From contig VFKP01000036.1 in assembly GCA_009885495.1 (NCBI GenBank), positions 1 to 41,478 of the forward strand: 41,478 bases of DNA. The letters are read 5' to 3'. The notes beneath the pieces were generated by a model. The model was not told the DNA's origin. It saw nothing but the letters and a program-made list of their open reading frames with translations, and ran no database searches. The DNA comes from Gammaproteobacteria bacterium. GTDB lineage: Bacteria; Pseudomonadota; Gammaproteobacteria; UBA1113. Positions 41,167 to 41,478 of the stretch are shown here, in pieces (positions within the stretch are counted from its first letter, which is position 1; every line of letters starts with the position of its first letter). The position numbers were made by a program, and so were the translations under genes.

Positions 41167-41207
41167 GGAGAAAAGAGGTTAGAGAGGATCAGAGCCAGAA
41201 CGAGCCC

Positions 41208-41308
41208 AGAGCAGCTTATCCTCGGTCAAACACCCCGTGAACCCATCCCTGGGGGCTCTTACACCGCATCCCTGCGGTGTAAGGTTTGACCTGAGGATAA
41301 GCTGCTCT
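41208..41308. repeat. Family-C branched palindromic element
   Basis: Outer 24/25-nt IR AGAGCAGCTTATCCTC-GGTCAAAC / GTTTGACCTGAGGATAAGCTGCTCT encloses two CATCCCTG-capped hairpins. One has a perfect 11-bp stem, CTTACACCGCA/TGCGGTGTAAG. Confidence 0.8.
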
Positions 41309-41356
41309 TAGCTCTGGAACAGAACCGGAGGCCTAAGGAAGATCTCTTGCTAGAGT

Positions 41357-41478
41357 CTCCCCTCTCCGAATATTCTGGCAGACGGCAATCCGACTCCCCT
41401 GCCCCGCTACTCCGCAGTACTGTCCGAGGAAAGTGGATACTCCCCTCGCCCGGTACTCCGCAGTACTGTCCGAGGAAA
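41357..41478 (+). repeat. Tandem 46-bp units related to family A (runs off the window end)
   Basis: CTCCCCT..CCCG.TACTCCGCAGTACTGTCCGAGGAAAGTGGATA at 41394 and again at 41440, with a decayed copy at 41357. Confidence 0.85.

Noticed and set aside
41394-41478. Possible CRISPR array
   Set aside because: Units are contiguous near-identical repeats without unique spacers, there are no cas genes, and the same sequence occurs dispersed elsewhere.

Overview
Chromosomal segment of a gammaproteobacterium, most likely Legionellales/Coxiellaceae-like. This is inferred from mip-ampG-cinA synteny, separate nuoC/nuoD, a PmrA-type box and effector-like orphans. Most of the window is housekeeping: a complete 14-gene nuoA-N operon (- strand), tRNA-Leu(GAG), secG, tpiA, tRNA-Arg(UCG), pgeF, a phosphodiester glycosidase, a FadL-like porin, ttcA, glpQ-glpD, pncC/cinA, ampG, mip and a leucine-degradation (liu) operon. 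The first ~5.4 kb is accessory. It holds the right end of an IS21 element that interrupts an effector-like gene, a DUF4143-ATPase pseudogene fragment, a coiled-coil orphan, a 734-aa orphan with a 69-residue uncharged stretch behind a well-formed PmrA-type box, and a secreted Cys-containing orphan. A second orphan (26681..27325) has a CheD/CNF1-like Cys-His deamidase pattern. Intergenic spaces, including two inside the nuo operon, carry at least four unrelated palindromic repeat families that often cluster into mosaics. I see no CRISPR array, rRNA or clear-cut new multi-gene system. The best leads are the candidate type IVB (Dot/Icm) effectors, the repeat mosaics and the unusual tRNA-Arg(UCG).
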